DNA from: Aquificaceae bacterium
GTDB lineage: Bacteria > Aquificota > Aquificia > Aquificales > Aquificaceae
Direction of reading: 5' to 3'
Assembly (NCBI GenBank): GCA_015490105.1
Contig: WFYK01000182.1
Coordinates: forward strand, 1-32,129
DNA: 32,129 nucleotides
Made by a program: the position numbers and the translations under genes
In this document: positions 29,168 to 32,129 of the stretch, one piece after another
Numbering within the stretch: the stretch's first letter is position 1
How the letters are laid out: each line of letters starts with the position of its first letter
The notes under the pieces: model-generated
Told to the model about the DNA's origin: nothing
What the model saw: the letters and a program-made list of their open reading frames with translations, nothing else
Database searches by the model: none

Positions 29168-30008
29168 CCTACTTTTACTTGTAGCTATTACCTTTGGAGA
29201 AGAAACCTATTACTGTGTTCAGCTTGCAACTTCCAAAAACTTCGATGCCCTAAAACAACTGATCCTCAAGGGGTCGCGTCTGCCAGACATAAGAGTCGAG
29301 AAAATAGGGAGTGCTTACGTTTTGAGGGCAGGTTTTTTTAAGAAGATAGAAAACGCAAAGAGGCTTGAAGCGAGGGCAAAAGATATGTTTCCAGACGCTT
29401 TTACAAGAAAGTGCGACTTTCTTCCCGAGAGGATAGTTTTCCCCAAGCTAAAGCCCAGAAGGACCAAATTCTTTACCTACGATCTCGGTATGAGACTGGG
29501 ACGTCTCTATATAAAGAAAAAGGATTTTGAAAAAGCTGAAGAGCTCTACAGGGAGATGGCTCGCCTTTTTCCCGACAGCAGGGAAGTTAAGCTCCAGCTC
29601 GCCCGCGTTCTCTTTTGGCAAGGTAAATACGAAGAAGCCTTGAAGATCTACAGGGAACTTGAAAGGTTCAACCCTGATTTGGCGGACGAGAGGAGACGCG
29701 TTGAGGTGAAGATGATCTTAGAAAAAGTGGAAAGACTGGAGAAGGAAGGCAGGGTGGACGAAGCGATAGAACTTCTTAAAAAACTTTACGAGGAAGAAAA
29801 GAACTACCAAATCGGCGTGAGACTTTCCAAGCTACTTCTAAAGCAAGGCAGAAAAAAGGAAACTGTTAGTCTGTTGGAGGATCTTGTAAGACTCTATCCT
29901 GAAGACACAAGCTTAAGGGAGTTGCTCGTCAAGTTAAAGAAAAAACCTGTTGCTAAAACTGTAAAACGAAAGCCTGCGGTAAAAAAAAAGTCCGACGTAG
30001 TTATCTGA
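29151..30008 (+). CDS. Secreted SPOR-domain + TPR protein (0-frame product; N-terminal part of a frameshifted SPOR-TPR-barrel gene)
   Basis: Signal peptide, SPOR-like YCVQLAT..YVLRAGFF..A..FPDAF, TPR helices (LGRLY..FEKAEELY..FPDS, LARVLFWQGKYEEALKIY..NPD) and a Lys/Pro-rich linker. Confidence 0.8.
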   Translation: MLRVISLLLLVAITFGEETYYCVQLATSKNFDALKQLILKGSRLPDIRVEKIGSAYVLRAGFFKKIENAKRLEARAKDMFPDAFTRKCDFLPERIVFPKLKPRRTKFFTYDLGMRLGRLYIKKKDFEKAEELYREMARLFPDSREVKLQLARVLFWQGKYEEALKIYRELERFNPDLADERRRVEVKMILEKVERLEKEGRVDEAIELLKKLYEEEKNYQIGVRLSKLLLKQGRKKETVSLLEDLVRLYPEDTSLRELLVKLKKKPVAKTVKRKPAVKKKSDVVI

Positions 30009-30028
30009 AGTTTGGTATCAGATACTAC
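29981..30028 (+). other. Candidate -1 frameshift/slippage cassette: A9G run (A_AAA_AAG at 29984-29990) + 6-nt spacer + hairpin
   Basis: 0-frame codons are GTA AAA AAA AAG. Spacer TCCGAC is followed by stem GTAG(T)TATCTGA 29997-30008, loop AGTTTGGTA and TCAGATACTAC 30018-30028. Confidence 0.65.
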
Positions 30029-30658
30029 TGGTATGAAAATAGAGATTTCGAAGATAGAGAGTTTTTCGCGGATGCAAAAGTAGGCTCTCTTCTTGTTGGT
30101 TTTCGCGTTGTAAACAGGTTCAACAGGGACAACTCCCAGCTCAGAACGGAATTCTACCGGAGGCTGGGTAAAGGAAGGTGGGGGTATTTAAGTGCGGACT
30201 TCTCTCCAGAGGCGGATTTCTTACCTGTATACAGCTTAGGAGGCGGAATATTTAAAGGGTTAAAAAAGTCGGAAGCGGGAATAAGCTTACGCTTTATGCG
30301 TTTTAAGAATTCAAAGGTTTTCCTGCTGATCCCTTCGATTACCCTATACCTTCCTAAAGACTTTATGAACACAACCTCACTCTACTTTAACCTTGAGCGT
30401 TCCACCTACACTTTATACAACAGGATCTTCAAGCGCGCACCTGACAAAGAAGTCTTTTTAGCCTTTTCTGTAGGAACCTCCTCCGAGCGTCTTCAAGCTC
30501 AAGAGGACTTCATAAGATACTCAACCTACTCTCTATCCGCCGGAGTGGAAAAGAAGGTTAAAAAGAATTTCTCTTTAGGAGGGTCCCTTAAGACCGAATA
30601 TAGAGAAGGACTGTATCGAAGGAACGGGGTGGAGGTCTATGGTAGATACTTCTGGTGA
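29990..30658 (+). CDS. YaiO-family outer-membrane beta-barrel domain in the -1 frame (C-terminal part of the preceding gene)
   Basis: The frame is stop-free from 29957 to 30655. Manual translation reads VRRSYLKFGIRYYWYE..NRFNRDNSQLRTEFY..WGYLSADFSPEADFLPVYSLG..EAGISLRFMRF..VEVYGRYFW*, with amphipathic strands and a terminal aromatic. The ORF-track ATG at 30296 is mid-domain. Confidence 0.78.
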   Translation, partial: VRRSYLKFGIRYYWYENRDFEDREFFADAKVGSLLVGFRVVNRFNRDNSQLRTEFYRRLGKGRWGYLSADFSPEADFLPVYSLGGGIFKGLKKSEAGISLRFMRFKNSKVFLLIPSITLYLPKDFMNTTSLYFNLERSTYTLYNRIFKRAPDKEVFLAFSVGTSSERLQAQEDFIRYSTYSLSAGVEKKVKKNFSLGGSLKTEYREGLYRRNGVEVYGRYFW

Positions 30659-31784
30659 TCTGGGCCAGATACTTGAAAGGATTCAACCCTTAAGACCGGA
30701 AGTTCTTAAGGTCCTTTTGTGGAGGGTTTTTCTGTTTTTAGGGGCTTTAGATGTAGGGCTCTTCGCAGGGACCGTAGTTCATAGGCTTTATGTAGACTAC
30801 AAAGACAAAAGGTATAGAAGGGCTTACGACTTTTTTACGGATAAGGTTGTTGAGGCTATCTTCGGTGAGGAGGATGTTCCTAATCCCAAGAGCGATATAG
30901 AAAAAGAAGCTCTTGTGGATGTGCTCGTGGAGATAAACAGAAAGTTCAGGGGTGAAACGGAAGAAAAAGTAAAAGAAATTGCTAAGAAAACCGGAGTAGT
31001 TGAATTTTTAATCAAAAGAACCAAAAGTTTTTCTCTCAGGAAAAGGATCCTCGCTTTTGAAAAGCTTGCCTTTCTCGGAGTAAAGGAGGTTAAAGGTTCT
31101 CTAAGGAAAAGTTTAGAGAAGGAAGAGAAGAGTTGGGTAATAAGGAGACTTGCTTTAGCCTACTCGCTTTTGATTGAAGATGTCTCGGAGATTAAGTTCC
31201 TCTTCTCAAAACTCAGCACTATTGAGGACACAAGCTTTAAGTTTTTAGAGTTTCTTTGGTTTAACTTGCTCACAAACTTCCACAAAAGAGATAAGTTTGA
31301 GGATCTTTTGGGATTTGTAAGAAATCTATTTCGAGAAAGTAAGCTAAAATCTGAGCTTTTAAGATCCTTCGTAGAAGCCTTGGGGAACTTCAAGCATCCC
31401 GAAGGAGCTGATCTAATTAGGGAAATCTACGAAGGCTTCAAAGAGGACACACTCATGAGGATAAGTTGCCTTAGGGCTTTAGGTCTTACGGCCTATGAGG
31501 GTTTTTGTGAGCTTTTTCTCGAAAACTTGGAACATCCCGACTGGCGTGTCAGAGCGGTAGTTTGCAAGTTCGCTTTTCTGTGTCCGTGGGAGAAAGTAAA
31601 GGACCCACTTATAGAGAGACTATATGATAAAAGCTACTACGTTCGTATCAACGCGGGGAACTCCCTTCTGTTCTTCAAGTCCAACGTAAAGCCCGTTCTT
31701 GAAGAACTCCTCGAAAGTGAAGACAAGTTCGTCAGGGACACCGCGCGCTATCTACTCCAAAAGCTGGAGCTTCAGCATGCTTGA
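30639..31784 (+). CDS. Membrane-anchored HEAT-repeat protein
   Basis: One N-terminal TM (about aa 25-50), then HEAT-like units (LMRISCLRALG, HPDWRVRAVVC, DKSYYVRINAG, EDKFVRDTA). Confidence 0.85.
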   Translation: MVDTSGDLGQILERIQPLRPEVLKVLLWRVFLFLGALDVGLFAGTVVHRLYVDYKDKRYRRAYDFFTDKVVEAIFGEEDVPNPKSDIEKEALVDVLVEINRKFRGETEEKVKEIAKKTGVVEFLIKRTKSFSLRKRILAFEKLAFLGVKEVKGSLRKSLEKEEKSWVIRRLALAYSLLIEDVSEIKFLFSKLSTIEDTSFKFLEFLWFNLLTNFHKRDKFEDLLGFVRNLFRESKLKSELLRSFVEALGNFKHPEGADLIREIYEGFKEDTLMRISCLRALGLTAYEGFCELFLENLEHPDWRVRAVVCKFAFLCPWEKVKDPLIERLYDKSYYVRINAGNSLLFFKSNVKPVLEELLESEDKFVRDTARYLLQKLELQHA

Positions 31785-32129
31785 GGTTGTTGCTTATTTT
31801 CTCTTAGGCTTCCAGTTCTTTATCCTCTTTTACTTTACCTTCGTAAACAGTGTCTACACGTTCTTTATACTCTCCTCCCTCCTTTTTACTTACAGACACA
31901 TGCTCATAGTAAAGAGAGAAAACCTTGAGATAATGCTCTCTAACGCTCTCTACAGACCCATATCTATAATTGTGCCCGCCTACAACGAGCAAGAGACTAT
32001 AGTATCGAGCGTAAAATCCCTTCTTAACCTTCACTATCCCGAATTTGAGGTTGTCGTTGTGAACGATGGCTCTACTGACAAAACCCTTGAGAAGCTAAAG
32101 GAAGCTTTCAGGCTCGTTAGGATTCAGAA
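31777..32129 (+). CDS. Family 2 glycosyltransferase, PgaC/IcaA/cellulose-synthase-like, 3' partial
   Basis: Absent from the ORF track because it runs off the window. Manual translation: MLEVVAYFLLGFQFFILFYF..ISIIVPAYNEQETI..LLNLHYPEFEVVVVNDGSTDKT. The ATG overlaps the HEAT gene end. Confidence 0.92.
   Translation, partial: MLEVVAYFLLGFQFFILFYFTFVNSVYTFFILSSLLFTYRHMLIVKRENLEIMLSNALYRPISIIVPAYNEQETIVSSVKSLLNLHYPEFEVVVVNDGSTDKTLEKLKEAFRLVRIQ

Noticed and set aside
30296-30658. 120-aa ORF treated as an independent gene
   Set aside because: The ATG falls mid-barrel, with about 100 in-frame barrel-like codons upstream and no signal peptide. It is the tail of the frameshifted gene.
31804-32034. 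76-aa minus-strand ORF
   Set aside because: Antisense to the GT2 gene that begins at 31777.

Overview
Gene-dense chromosomal window from a thermophilic bacterium, most likely Aquificaceae (inferred from split carB, scattered nuo genes, long-form QueH and ATA/AGG-rich codon usage). Most of it is housekeeping: ygfZ-mrp-iscS-like, nuoIJ, rdgB, hslV, cmk-pgsA-recJ, guaA, carB N-half, der, gspD, thiE, pyrB, three-subunit pntAA-AB-B, rpsB-tsf-pyrH, queH, tRNA-Val and tRNA-Ser. No mobile elements or CRISPR were seen. Two things stand out. (1) At the right end is a putative synthase-type exopolysaccharide operon (lone receiver domain, SPOR-TPR-YaiO barrel, TM-HEAT protein, GT2 synthase). Its export gene is split by an in-phase A_AAA_AAG slippery site (A9 run) followed 6 nt later by an 11-bp hairpin. 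This looks like a programmed -1 frameshift or slippage site giving both a soluble SPOR-TPR protein and a full-length outer-membrane barrel. (2) An Fe-S module in which the IscS homolog has Leu instead of the PLP-binding Lys and the Mrp/ApbC partner keeps only one Cys. Several divergent gene pairs also share tiny spacers with overlapping -10 boxes, suggesting bidirectional, near-leaderless promoters.
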